Source: Candidatus Latescibacterota bacterium (lineage in GTDB: Bacteria; Latescibacterota; UBA2968). From it: a DNA stretch of 64,000 nucleotides. Numbering within the stretch: position 1 is the stretch's first letter; every line of letters starts with the position of its first letter. The position numbers and the translations under genes were made by a program. The notes beneath the pieces were generated by a model. The model was not told the DNA's origin. It worked only from the letters and a program-made list of their open reading frames with translations, and did no database searches. The stretch is taken from NCBI GenBank assembly GCA_965204745.1, contig OZ242010.1:32001-96000 (forward strand), given 5' to 3'. This document shows positions 10,908-20,170 of the stretch, piece after piece.

Positions 10908-11752
10908 TGGCATTGCGTCTCCATCTCATCAACATCGTTTTTATGGTGTGCGCGATTGGTGTGCCCGTTGCTGGCGCGAATCCCGATTCCACGGCTGTTC
11001 AACCCGGCGTTTCAGCGCCCGTCAATGCGATGCCCCTTCCGACATCCCTCGCAATCGGGGATCCCTCGCAACCGCCTGCCCATTGGGTTACGCCTTTCGG
11101 GGACTCCACCTGCGTGCTCGAGTCCTTTGACTATCCTCGGTTTTTGAATACCTATCCCGACAAAATTTGGGAAGGGCGCTCGGGTTGGCGATATAGCAAA
11201 ACGAGAAAATCAGAGGTTTATTACCGGATTTTGATAGAGGGCGATAATTATTATCTCAGCGCGGAAACCCAAGGGGGGGCCGTGAACTTTGGCAGAGAAG
11301 CCAAACTCAGGTATCGCGGCGCAGAGATCAAAGCCAATTTGCGTTTGTTCCAAAAATTGCGCTGGCGCTGGCGGGTACACAGATTGCCAGAGGGATCCGA
11401 TGAAACCGACAGCGATAAAAACGACAGTGCCGCTGCCGTGCGTCTGCTTTTTGGAACCGGTGCTTTTTCGGGCAAATCACTGAAATATATCTGGAGTGCA
11501 ACCCTTCCCGTGGGCACGGTCATCGAGAGCAACCGTCAACACGTCGTCGTTTTGCGTAGCGGTGCGGACGAGTTGGGCAAATGGATTTGGGAAGAAGTGA
11601 ATGCGTACAAAGATTATCGCCGCTTGTTCGGCGGCGATCCCCGTCCGGCAGATGCGTTGGGCCTGCTGACCGATTCAAATAATACAAAGACAGTTGTCAG
11701 CGCGGATTACGACGACATCACGTTTATCATCCCGAGGCCCATAGACGAATAG
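10907..11752 (+). CDS. DUF3047 domain exported protein
   Basis: Signal-peptide-like N-terminus; LRWRWRV, KNDSAAAV, LKYIWS and LLTDSNNT motifs. Confidence 0.75.
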   Translation: MALRLHLINIVFMVCAIGVPVAGANPDSTAVQPGVSAPVNAMPLPTSLAIGDPSQPPAHWVTPFGDSTCVLESFDYPRFLNTYPDKIWEGRSGWRYSKTRKSEVYYRILIEGDNYYLSAETQGGAVNFGREAKLRYRGAEIKANLRLFQKLRWRWRVHRLPEGSDETDSDKNDSAAAVRLLFGTGAFSGKSLKYIWSATLPVGTVIESNRQHVVVLRSGADELGKWIWEEVNAYKDYRRLFGGDPRPADALGLLTDSNNTKTVVSADYDDITFIIPRPIDE

Positions 11753-11933
11753 ATGTTAAAATCAGTGGTCAGTGGTCAGTGGTCAGTTGAATCGAGTGGT
11801 TTTGCGAGGGGGACCTACCCCCTAACCCCCTTCCTAAGAGGAAGGGGGAACGGTGATGGGTCTTCCGAGGGATTGCTCGAGAGGTTTTTTGGGTTCTATG
11901 GCGTGATCCATTCGCCCAAACCCACCAAAAGAG

Positions 11934-12434
11934 CTTTACTCCCCTTTCCTCGTAGGAAAGGGGCCGGGGGATAGGTCCCCTCGGTAACGCCATCAGAGCA
12001 ACCAGAGCGAGAAGCCATCAAAGGAGCTTTACTCCCCTTTCCTCGTAGGAAAGGGGCCGGGGGATAGGTCCCCTCGGTCAACGCCATCAGAGCAACCAGA
12101 GCGAGAAGCCATCAAAGGAGCTTTACTCCCCTTTCCTTGTAGGAAAGGGGCCGGGGGATAGGTCCCCTCGGTCAACGCCATCAAAAGAACTTTACTCCCC
12201 TTTCCTCGTAGGAAAGGGGCCGGGGGATAGGTCCCCTTGGTCAACGCCACCAAAAGAGCTTTACTCCCCTTTCCTCGTAGGAAAGGGGCCGGGGGATAGG
12301 TCCCCTTGGTCAACGCCATCAGAGCAACCAACGCTAGAAGCCATCAAAGGAGCTTTACTCCCCTTTCCTCGTAGGCACAGGCGTAGCCTACAATGAGCGA
12401 AGCGAATAACGGGGCCGGGGGATAGGTCCCCTCG
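11934..12434 (+). repeat. Tandem cluster of REP-like palindromic units
   Basis: Core CTTTACTCCCCTTTCCTCGTAGGAAAGGGGCCGGGGGATAGGTCCCC starts at 11934, 12027, 12121, 12190, 12259 and 12353. Periods are 93/94/69/69/94 and the linkers are repeated, not unique. Confidence 0.92.
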
Positions 12435-12495
12435 CGCTTTGATGAACTGTTGACGCAGTTGTACCCCGTTCCCGCTAATTGACGGAGGCTATCCG

Positions 12496-13713
12496 GTGAA
12501 TGCACAACGCAAAATTTCGCGTCCATTGTCGATACTTGTCGGCTGTCTGCTCGTCGCACTGCTGAGTGTCGCATCAGCAGAGGCGCAAAACGTTTCGGTT
12601 TCCGATTACAGAGTGCCCGTGAGCCGGGCGGACAACCTGCGGATTGACGCCTTGAGTTTTAATTTTACGACTGTGGATGATGAGATCGTCACCGAACAGG
12701 GCAATGTCGGGATCGTGTACAAAAAGTTTTACAGTTCTCTGCCCTTTGCATATTCTATTGACGCGGTCGGTTCAGCCTCATACATCCGCGAACTCGAATC
12801 TACGCCCAACCCCGATGGCACTTATGGCTCCCACCGCAATGGCACGTATGACTTCTCGCTCGATATGCGGGTTCAGAAGTATTTTGTGGAGACCAACGAG
12901 TTTTTCTATTCGATCAGCCCAGACATTTTGGATAGCAGAGGCTTTGAGCGACCGCAAATAGATGTCGTTGTCGGCCTTGGGTATGGCCGCTTTATCAATG
13001 CCACCGCTTTGCGTAAAGCCGTGCGTATCGAAGAATTTTTGTTCAGAGAAGGCGTGATTAGTGATCACATGCCCAAAGACACGATGATCGATTTGGGACA
13101 CACGATAGAAAAAGAGGACGAGTACCGCGATCTGTACGGGGATCGTTCCTATCAGAACTATTGGTATGAGGATATGACCAATGAGATCAACAAGACCGGG
13201 CTCGTGACCGGGGGCGGCAATATCGGGCCTATCGGCATTTTTCGGATGCGCGAAGTGCTCACGCAAGAGCAGATCAGCGACCGCTTTTTTGGTTGGGATG
13301 CCAATGTAGGGCTTCAGTATCAAATCCAGACGCAAGCGAAAGCCATAAAACGCCCTCCCCTTGCCCTCGCCATTAGTTTGCGGTATTCCCGCCCCATCAG
13401 TTGGCGGATGCAAATTAACACCCGATTCACATCTGATACCCCATTCGAGGATTTGGGTCGCGTGTATAACGCCCGGCAGAATATCGACTTTATCTATGAA
13501 ATCACGAACAAAATTGCCTTTGTCACATCCAATACATTTTATTTGGAAAAAAAAGCCCAGCAAGAGGTTAGGTTGCGGTATGTTTCAAATATCAGTTTCA
13601 CATTTTTTGTGGAGAACAAAATCAATTTGTCGATCATCGAGCAACTTTCAAAAAATCAAGGAGCATCGTTTAGGCAGAGTTTGCATCTCGGCCTGAGCTA
13701 TCGCATTTTTTGA
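12496..13713 (+). CDS. Exported hypothetical protein, probable outer-membrane beta-barrel
   Basis: Signal peptide, amphipathic beta-strand pattern and C-terminal LGLSYRIF. Confidence 0.6.
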   Translation: MNAQRKISRPLSILVGCLLVALLSVASAEAQNVSVSDYRVPVSRADNLRIDALSFNFTTVDDEIVTEQGNVGIVYKKFYSSLPFAYSIDAVGSASYIRELESTPNPDGTYGSHRNGTYDFSLDMRVQKYFVETNEFFYSISPDILDSRGFERPQIDVVVGLGYGRFINATALRKAVRIEEFLFREGVISDHMPKDTMIDLGHTIEKEDEYRDLYGDRSYQNYWYEDMTNEINKTGLVTGGGNIGPIGIFRMREVLTQEQISDRFFGWDANVGLQYQIQTQAKAIKRPPLALAISLRYSRPISWRMQINTRFTSDTPFEDLGRVYNARQNIDFIYEITNKIAFVTSNTFYLEKKAQQEVRLRYVSNISFTFFVENKINLSIIEQLSKNQGASFRQSLHLGLSYRIF

Positions 13714-13848
13714 GGCGCGGCGCGCGTGTCAAAAGACTTGTGAACGCAAATTTTCTCTCCTATCTTAGCTTTGTCCCTCGGCTTTCGTACATCCCAAATT
13801 GCGTATTGGGAGCGGAGCCGGTTCGTTCATCCAATCGTTGGAGGCTTT

Positions 13849-14151
13849 ATGGCAAAAGAAGAAAAAGTGGTGCTGGAAGGAAGGATTGTCGATATTTTGC
13901 CCGATGGGCAATACAGGGTCGAGGTCGATGGGGGGCATCAGATCCTCGGTTATACGTCGGGCAGGATGCGCCGGTTTAATATTCGCATCGTGGTCGGCGA
14001 TACCGTGACGATTGAGACCTCGCCCTATGACCTGAACCGAGGGCGCATTACGTTCCGCGATTCCGGAACAGACGCGCCGCCGCCGAGCGCGCAATCGGCC
14101 GGGAACAGGCGCCCCGGCCGCGGAGGACGCAGACCGCGCCGCCGGCGTTAA
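13849..14151 (+). CDS. infA: Translation initiation factor IF-1 with Arg/Gly-rich C-terminal extension
   Basis: MAKEEKVVLEGRIVDILP...SGRMRRFNIRIVVGDTVTIETSPYDLNRGRITFR; GGAGG RBS. Confidence 0.93.
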   Translation: MAKEEKVVLEGRIVDILPDGQYRVEVDGGHQILGYTSGRMRRFNIRIVVGDTVTIETSPYDLNRGRITFRDSGTDAPPPSAQSAGNRRPGRGGRRPRRRR

Positions 14152-14178
14152 AGACGCACATGCAGCTATCGCAAACGA

Positions 14179-14206
14179 CCACCCGCCAAGCGGGTGGCTT
14201 TTTGTT
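14179..14206 (+). terminator. Intrinsic terminator after infA
   Basis: CCACCCGC-CAA-GCGGGTGG followed by CTTTTTGTT. Confidence 0.8.
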
Positions 14207-14269
14207 ATGGCGCGAAGGGAGATGGCCCCCCGCCCGAAAATGCAGGCGATTCGCACACTGGGAGGGATT

Positions 14270-15682
14270 ATGTCGGAAGAAGTTAGAGGGGCACAACCAT
14301 CCGATGAAAACAGCGAGAACCAGGATCTGTACGCGCTGGATCCGCACGCGATTCAACAGCCGCCGCAGGGGCTTGGGAGCACGCTGCGATTTCTCGGGCC
14401 GGGCCTGATTCTCGTGGGGTCTGTCGTGGGGTCTGGCGAGATTATTTTGACGACCAATCTCGGGTCGCTCGTCGGGTTTTCCATGCTGTGGTTCGTGCTG
14501 TTGAGTTGCTGGAGCAAGACTATCGTGCAGGCCGAGTTGGCGCGTTTTGCGGTGGGGTCTGGCGAACCGTTTTTGCACGCTTTTAACCGCTTGCCCGGGA
14601 AATTGCCGGCGTTTCGCGGGCGAAAGGTGTCGTGGTACATCTATTCTTGGTTGATCTGGATCATTCCCGGCCAACTGATCAGCGGGGGGATTTACGGGGG
14701 CGCGGGGCAGGCGATTCACACGGTATTGCCCGTTCTCGGGTCGGAATGGTGGACCGTGATTCTCGCGGGTGTGGCGTCTGTGGTCGTGCTGACCGGGACG
14801 TATCGGTTTCTCGAAAGGCTGATGACGGTGTTGGTGGTCGCGTTCACGTTTATCACGGTTGTGTGTGCGATTTTGTTGCAACTGACCGAGTACGCGATTA
14901 CCTGGGAAGAGGTGCGCGGCGGGCTGACGTTTGGGTTTCCGGCGTTTGCGGTGCTGGCCGCACTGGCGATGTACGGAGGCACGGGCGTCGGATCGGGGGA
15001 GCAAATCGCCTATACGTATTGGTGCGTGGAAAAGGGCTATGCGCGGTTTTCAGGGCCCGCGGATCGGACCGATGCGTGGGGGCAGCGCGCACGGGGTTGG
15101 GTGCGCGTGATGCAAACCGATGTGCTGTTGACGTTGGGCTTGCTCACCTGTGCGACGATTCCGTTTTACATGCTCGGCGCGGGGGTGCTCTATCGGCTCA
15201 ATCAACGCCCGGATGGGCTTGAGACGATTCCCGTGTTGTCCAATATGTACACGCAAACCCTGGGCGAATGGGCGTTTTGGCTGTTTATGGTGGGGGCGTT
15301 TTTCGTGCTGTATTCCACGGCGATTTCCGGCTTGGGCGGCGGGGTGCGCGTGTTTGCCGATGGCATGGCCGTGATGGGGTTGATCGAGCGCGATGATTAC
15401 AAAACCCGCGTCCGGGTTTTGCGCGTTTGGGCCGTGGTGTCGCCGCTGGTGACGGCGATGGCGTATTTCTTTTTTCAAAATCCGGTTTGGATGCTGACGA
15501 TGGGGCATTTGTTCGGGGCGGTCAAGTTTCCCCTGATTGCCGGGGGCACGCTGTATTTGCGGTACAAACATCTCGACCCGCGGCTGAGGCCGTCTTTGAA
15601 GACCGATCTGCTGTTGTGGTTCAGCTTTTTGCTGATGATCGGGCTGGCTGTTTATATTTTGTACACGCGCTATTTTGCGTGA
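14270..15682 (+). CDS. Nramp-like (APC superfamily) transporter
   Basis: LGPGLILVGSVVGSGE, YTYWCVEKGY and about 11 hydrophobic segments. Confidence 0.8.
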   Translation: MSEEVRGAQPSDENSENQDLYALDPHAIQQPPQGLGSTLRFLGPGLILVGSVVGSGEIILTTNLGSLVGFSMLWFVLLSCWSKTIVQAELARFAVGSGEPFLHAFNRLPGKLPAFRGRKVSWYIYSWLIWIIPGQLISGGIYGGAGQAIHTVLPVLGSEWWTVILAGVASVVVLTGTYRFLERLMTVLVVAFTFITVVCAILLQLTEYAITWEEVRGGLTFGFPAFAVLAALAMYGGTGVGSGEQIAYTYWCVEKGYARFSGPADRTDAWGQRARGWVRVMQTDVLLTLGLLTCATIPFYMLGAGVLYRLNQRPDGLETIPVLSNMYTQTLGEWAFWLFMVGAFFVLYSTAISGLGGGVRVFADGMAVMGLIERDDYKTRVRVLRVWAVVSPLVTAMAYFFFQNPVWMLTMGHLFGAVKFPLIAGGTLYLRYKHLDPRLRPSLKTDLLLWFSFLLMIGLAVYILYTRYFA

Positions 15683-15692
15683 GGAGGCGACT

Positions 15693-16784
15693 ATGGCGAT
15701 TCCCACGTATCGATCACTTGGGATGCGCCCGTTGATCAACTGCCGCGGCACCTATACGATCATCAGTGGCTCGCTGATGCTACCCGAGGTGCGCGAGGCT
15801 ATGGTGGAAGCGGCAAAGGCGTACGTGCATTTGGACGAGTTGATGGAGGCCGTGGGCGCGCGCATTGCCGAGGTGATGCAGTGCGACTGGGGGTTGGTGA
15901 CCAATGGCTGTGCCGCCGCGCTGACGCAGGTGACGGCCGGGTGCGTGGCAGGCGCCGATCCACAACAGATCGCGCAGTTGCCGGATACGACCGGGATGAA
16001 GAACCGCGTGTTGTTCCAGCCGGGGCATTTGCACGTTTATACGCACGCGATTCGGGCCGTGGGCGTGGAACTGGTGGAGGTCGAAGATCACGACGCGCTT
16101 TCCTCTGCAATAGATGATCGCACGGCGATGTTCGCGTTTTTTGGGGATCGCGGCGATGCCAGCAATATCCCCCTCGAAGATGTGGCGACGATTTGCCACC
16201 GCCGGGGCGTGCCCGTGTTCGTCGATGCCGCGGCCGAGCGGCCCGATGTGCCCAATCCGTATTTGCAAGCGGGCGCGGATGTGGTGGCGTATAGCGGGGG
16301 CAAGTGCTTGCGCGGGCCGCAGTCGTCTGGGCTGGTGCTCGGGCGCAAGGATATTTTGCGAGCGGCTTTTGCCAATGGCGCGCCGCATCATTCCTTGGGG
16401 CGGGCGATGAAAGCGGGCAAGGAAGAGGTGATGGGCTTGCTGGCAGCGGTGGAGCAATGGGTGTTGCGCGATCACGAGGCCGAGTGGGCCATGTGGGAAC
16501 ACTGGTTGCAACTGATCGCCGATGCGGTTGCGGATCTGCCCTCTGTGACGACAAAGGTTCGCATGCCCGGGCGGTCGAATGTGGCGCCGATTTTGGAGGT
16601 GCATTGGGATTGCGCGTCTTTACCTATCGCGGCCGACCAAGCGCAACAGCAGTTGTCAAACGGCGACCCGCGCATCGAGTTGTTCGCGCACGACAGGGGC
16701 GTGGAGGTGATGCCCTATATGATGGAGCCAGGCGAGGCCGCAATCGTCGCCAAGCGATTGCGCGAGGTGCTCTCTGTGGCGTAG
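15693..16784 (+). CDS. SelA-like PLP-dependent enzyme (DgaE/class V type)
   Basis: INCRGTYTIISGS, VDAAAE, YSGGKCLRGPQSSG and GRAMKAGKEE motifs. Confidence 0.85.
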   Translation: MAIPTYRSLGMRPLINCRGTYTIISGSLMLPEVREAMVEAAKAYVHLDELMEAVGARIAEVMQCDWGLVTNGCAAALTQVTAGCVAGADPQQIAQLPDTTGMKNRVLFQPGHLHVYTHAIRAVGVELVEVEDHDALSSAIDDRTAMFAFFGDRGDASNIPLEDVATICHRRGVPVFVDAAAERPDVPNPYLQAGADVVAYSGGKCLRGPQSSGLVLGRKDILRAAFANGAPHHSLGRAMKAGKEEVMGLLAAVEQWVLRDHEAEWAMWEHWLQLIADAVADLPSVTTKVRMPGRSNVAPILEVHWDCASLPIAADQAQQQLSNGDPRIELFAHDRGVEVMPYMMEPGEAAIVAKRLREVLSVA

Positions 16785-16814
16785 GTTTTGTTGCGCGTTG
16801 CGTGGAGATTTCCG

Positions 16815-17240
16815 ATGAGCAGGCAAGACATGCGTTGGATTCAGAGGGCCAAGCATTTTGACAAGGCGTTTTCTCTGTTGGAAGAGGCCGTCGAACTGGC
16901 GCGGCAACGCCCGCTCTCGAAGTTGGAGGCGCAGGGGTTGATCCAAGGCTTTGAATACACGCATGAATTGGCGTGGAATACGCTGAAGGATTTTCTCGAA
17001 GATCGCGGTGTGCAAGCCCTTTACGGGTCGAGGGATACGACCCGCGCTGCTTTCCGGACGGGTTTGATCGAAAACGGCGAAACCTGGATGGAGATGATCC
17101 AAAGCCGCAACTTGACCTCGCATACCTATAATGAGGCCACGGCTGACCAAGTCGTCGGGGCGATTCTCGATTCGTATTTCGCAGCATTTCAGGCATTGCG
17201 AACCACATTGGCAGGTTTGAAACAAGAGGACTCATCATGA
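16815..17240 (+). CDS. HEPN / nucleotidyltransferase substrate-binding protein (HI0074 family)
   Basis: GLIQGFEYTHELAWNTLKDFL and RNLTSHTY (R-x4-H). Confidence 0.92.
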   Translation: MSRQDMRWIQRAKHFDKAFSLLEEAVELARQRPLSKLEAQGLIQGFEYTHELAWNTLKDFLEDRGVQALYGSRDTTRAAFRTGLIENGETWMEMIQSRNLTSHTYNEATADQVVGAILDSYFAAFQALRTTLAGLKQEDSS

Positions 17241-17638
17241 CAACTCGTTCTCAACCCGGCTCGAGATACGGCCTGTCGGAATTGACCATCCAAAAAATTT
17301 GCGCGGTTTTTGCCCGCTATCCGCAAGTGGAAAAAGCGATTTTGTACGGATCGCGTGCCAAGGGTACCTATAAGAACGGTTCGGATATCGATCTCACCCT
17401 CTGCGGTGGTTCTGACCTGACCCTGCATACGCTGTGCCGAATCCGCGATGCGTTGGACGATTTGCTCCTGCCTTATGCGATTGACGTGTCCATTTTCCAT
17501 GACATCGGCGATCCCGATGTGGTCGCTCACATCCAGCGCGTCGGCGTGCCGATGTACGCAAAGGGAGTATCGGATGATGAGTTTGAGGCCCTATCCGATT
17601 GCGCGGTCAGCCGCGAAGGCTTGTACGAGGAGCATTGA
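17237..17638 (+). CDS. Minimal nucleotidyltransferase (MNT) antitoxin
   Basis: LYGSRAKG...GSDIDL motif; ATGA overlap with the HEPN gene. Confidence 0.92.
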   Translation: MTTRSQPGSRYGLSELTIQKICAVFARYPQVEKAILYGSRAKGTYKNGSDIDLTLCGGSDLTLHTLCRIRDALDDLLLPYAIDVSIFHDIGDPDVVAHIQRVGVPMYAKGVSDDEFEALSDCAVSREGLYEEH

Positions 17639-17685
17639 TCGTCGCGATCTGTCTAACCGATACCAGTGTTTTGAAGGAGGATGTT

Positions 17686-17874
17686 TTGAGGTGTTTTAAG
17701 ATCGTTGTTGAAAGATATCCCGATGGTTATGTGGGCTATCCCCTCGGGCTGAAGGGCGTCGTCGTTGGACAGGGAGAGACGTATGAAGCCGCATTGGCGG
17801 ACGTAAAATCTGCTGTGCAATTTCATATCGAAACATTTGGCTCAGAAGCCTGGGTTCAGCACACCCCGCGCTGA
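17686..17874 (+). CDS. HicB-like antitoxin (short)
   Basis: IVVERYPDGYVGYPLGLKGVVVGQGETYEAALADVKSAVQFHIE; GGAGG RBS before a TTG start. Confidence 0.7.
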   Translation: MRCFKIVVERYPDGYVGYPLGLKGVVVGQGETYEAALADVKSAVQFHIETFGSEAWVQHTPR

Positions 17875-17889
17875 AGCGACGGGGCGGAG

Positions 17890-18120
17890 ATGATCGTAAT
17901 GGAATGTCATATCTGCGGAGCTAATTTGGAGCCTGTTGTGACCGATTTGCCTTTTAAGGTGAGCGATGAGAAAATTGTGATCGTGGAAGACTTGCCCGTT
18001 CACCAATGTAGCCAGTGCCGCGAATTTTTGTTGGAAGATCGGGTGATGGCACGCGTCGAAACCATTCTCGAAACAACCGGTGTTGCGACGAAGTTGGAGG
18101 TCGTCAAGTACGCCGCATGA
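17890..18120 (+). CDS. YgiT/MqsA-type zinc finger protein
   Basis: CHICG...IVIVEDLPVHQCSQCRE motif. Confidence 0.82.
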   Translation: MIVMECHICGANLEPVVTDLPFKVSDEKIVIVEDLPVHQCSQCREFLLEDRVMARVETILETTGVATKLEVVKYAA

Positions 18121-18158
18121 GTGTATCATCGGACGCAACAACGGAAAGGAGAGGGCGA
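18093..18158 (+). repeat. 66-bp direct repeat, left of type III R-M
   Basis: Matches 22755-22820 with 3 mismatches. Confidence 0.9.
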
Positions 18159-18222
18159 CTCAAGTCATCGACGTTGCGAACGATTTGCACGCAATCGGGA
18201 ATTTCGCGTGATGATTTTTTGA
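18159..18222 (+). pseudogene. HicA toxin C-terminal remnant
   Basis: Translates LKSSTLRTICTQSGISRDDFL, a typical HicA C-terminus. No N-terminal part is present. Confidence 0.6.
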
Positions 18223-18234
18223 CAGGAGGTCAAC

Positions 18235-20169
18235 ATGCCAAAAGGCTTTGACGAAAAGTTGATCGCATTGCTCGAGACAGATGCCCGTTTTTTGGATGAA
18301 GAGGGCGAGTTGATCAAGGCGGCGGTGATTGATCGGGCGTGGAAAATTGACCATGACCTCGTGCGGTTGCTGATCGGGGATGCCGATATCAAGGCCAAGT
18401 TTTTTGACGAGATTGCAGGGCACTATATTTTTAATCACAACACGTTTATCGACTACGTTTCCGCCAAGGGCTTTCTCGCCAATTCCTACACCCGATTTCG
18501 CAACAGAATCGGCTTGGACATCGGCGACAAATCCATGCGAGAACGGGGCGAGGTGTCCTTGGTTTGGCCGTACAAGGATTGCGTGTTAGAGGGCGGGCAG
18601 ACCAAAGAGGAAGAGAAGCGCGAGGAGATTTTCTTCAACGAGGTGCTGGCACAGGACGAGATCGACCGCATGTTTGCCCCGAAGGTGCTGACCCACTATA
18701 AACGCCACACGGTTGATGGCGAACAAGAGGTCACAGAGATCGCACGAGACGAGGACGGGACCATTCGGGAAAACCTGCTCATCAAGGGCAACAACCTGCT
18801 GGCGTTGCACACATTGAAGAAGCAGTTCTACGGCAAGGTGAAGTTGATCTACATCGATCCGCCATACAATACGGGAAGTGATTCGTTCGGTTACAACGAC
18901 AACTTCAACCATTCGAGTTGGCTGACGTTCATGAAGAATCGGCTGGAAGTGGCGCGAGAACTGTTGCGGGATGATGGCCTGATCTTCATTCATATTGACA
19001 ACCGAGAATTAGCCTATCTCAAATGTCTCTGTGACGAAGTGTTTGGACGCAACAATTTTCGGAATGGGATTATTGTGAAGAAAGGACAAAAGAGTCTCCA
19101 AAAGCAATTTGATTCCATTGATAAATTGAATGCGGCCTACGATACGATTCTCTGTTATAGTCGGAAAAATGAAATCAAAATTCCGAATCTCTTTAAGAAA
19201 TTGAAGGGTAACCGTGCAAGTTCATGGAATAATCACTGGCGCGGCACTGACCGGCCGACGATGCGATTTAGACTTTTCGACATCACGCCGGAAACGGGAC
19301 AATGGCGATGGGCACAGCAGAGAACGGAAGATGCCGTTGAGAATTACTATACCCTTATCCGCTATATTGAAGATGCAGGTATTGTCGAAGCAGACATTAC
19401 TGATGCACATATTGATGATTATTATCATAGGTATCTTCACGAAAACAGCATATTGAAATATTCCGATTTTGAATTGGTCAGGTTGAGTAAAAACGGCCGC
19501 CCTGAGCATTACATTCCCGCTACCGATAAAATTTTGTTGAGCGAGAATTGGACAGATATTAGCGTTGCTGGTCGCTATTCAGAGTTTTCAGCAAATAAAA
19601 ATGAGGAAATCCTCAAACGCATTATAGAATGGCTGACAGAAAGCGGAGATATTGTCCTAGACTTTTTTTCTGGTTCAGGCACGACTGCCGTAGTTGCCCA
19701 CAAGATGAACCGCCAATGGATTCTAGTTGAGCAAATGGATTACATAGAAACCATCACGATGACGCGACTAAAAGAAGTGCTTGCAGGCGATCAGAGCGGC
19801 ATATCCAAAGCCGTCAACTATCGGGGCGGGGGCGACTTCATCTTTTGCGAACTGATGCAGTACAACGAAGTCTTTATGGACGAGATACAGGCCGCTGAAT
19901 CATCCGAAGAACTCGTGGCACTCTATCGGAACATAGCCGAAAACTCATTTCTCAACTGGTATGTCAACCCCAAAGTGCCGGAAGATGCGGTCGATGATTT
20001 TATTGCGATTGGGCGGGGTGAAGACGGGCTGGACAAGCAAAAAAAGTTGCTGATGGAACTCTTGGACAAAAACCAACTCTACGTCCACCTTTCGGAGATT
20101 GACGATGCAGATTTTGCGGTCGGCGATGCGGACAAGGCGTTGAATCAATCGTTTTACAGCGAGGTATAG
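18235..20169 (+). CDS. mod: Type III R-M modification subunit (N6-adenine MTase, beta class)
   Basis: IYIDPPYNTG and VLDFFSGSGTT motifs with a TRD between them. Confidence 0.93.
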   Translation: MPKGFDEKLIALLETDARFLDEEGELIKAAVIDRAWKIDHDLVRLLIGDADIKAKFFDEIAGHYIFNHNTFIDYVSAKGFLANSYTRFRNRIGLDIGDKSMRERGEVSLVWPYKDCVLEGGQTKEEEKREEIFFNEVLAQDEIDRMFAPKVLTHYKRHTVDGEQEVTEIARDEDGTIRENLLIKGNNLLALHTLKKQFYGKVKLIYIDPPYNTGSDSFGYNDNFNHSSWLTFMKNRLEVARELLRDDGLIFIHIDNRELAYLKCLCDEVFGRNNFRNGIIVKKGQKSLQKQFDSIDKLNAAYDTILCYSRKNEIKIPNLFKKLKGNRASSWNNHWRGTDRPTMRFRLFDITPETGQWRWAQQRTEDAVENYYTLIRYIEDAGIVEADITDAHIDDYYHRYLHENSILKYSDFELVRLSKNGRPEHYIPATDKILLSENWTDISVAGRYSEFSANKNEEILKRIIEWLTESGDIVLDFFSGSGTTAVVAHKMNRQWILVEQMDYIETITMTRLKEVLAGDQSGISKAVNYRGGGDFIFCELMQYNEVFMDEIQAAESSEELVALYRNIAENSFLNWYVNPKVPEDAVDDFIAIGRGEDGLDKQKKLLMELLDKNQLYVHLSEIDDADFAVGDADKALNQSFYSEV

Positions 20170-20170
20170 G

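Noticed and set aside
11934-12434. CRISPR array
   Set aside because: Sequences between the palindromes are repeated rather than unique, no cas genes are present, and the unit is dispersed singly elsewhere.
11753-12574. Short ORFs with TYPPAPFLRGKG, LASRLLP or HKRHKR peptides (also near 6.0, 8.2, 30.7, 39.9-40.2 and 43.9 kb)
   Set aside because: Translations of non-coding repeats. They also falsely extend the starts of iolD, the threonine synthase-like gene and the dehydratase.
15693-16784. True selenocysteine synthase selA
   Set aside because: Too short, lacks the N-terminal tRNA-binding region, and no selB or selC is nearby.
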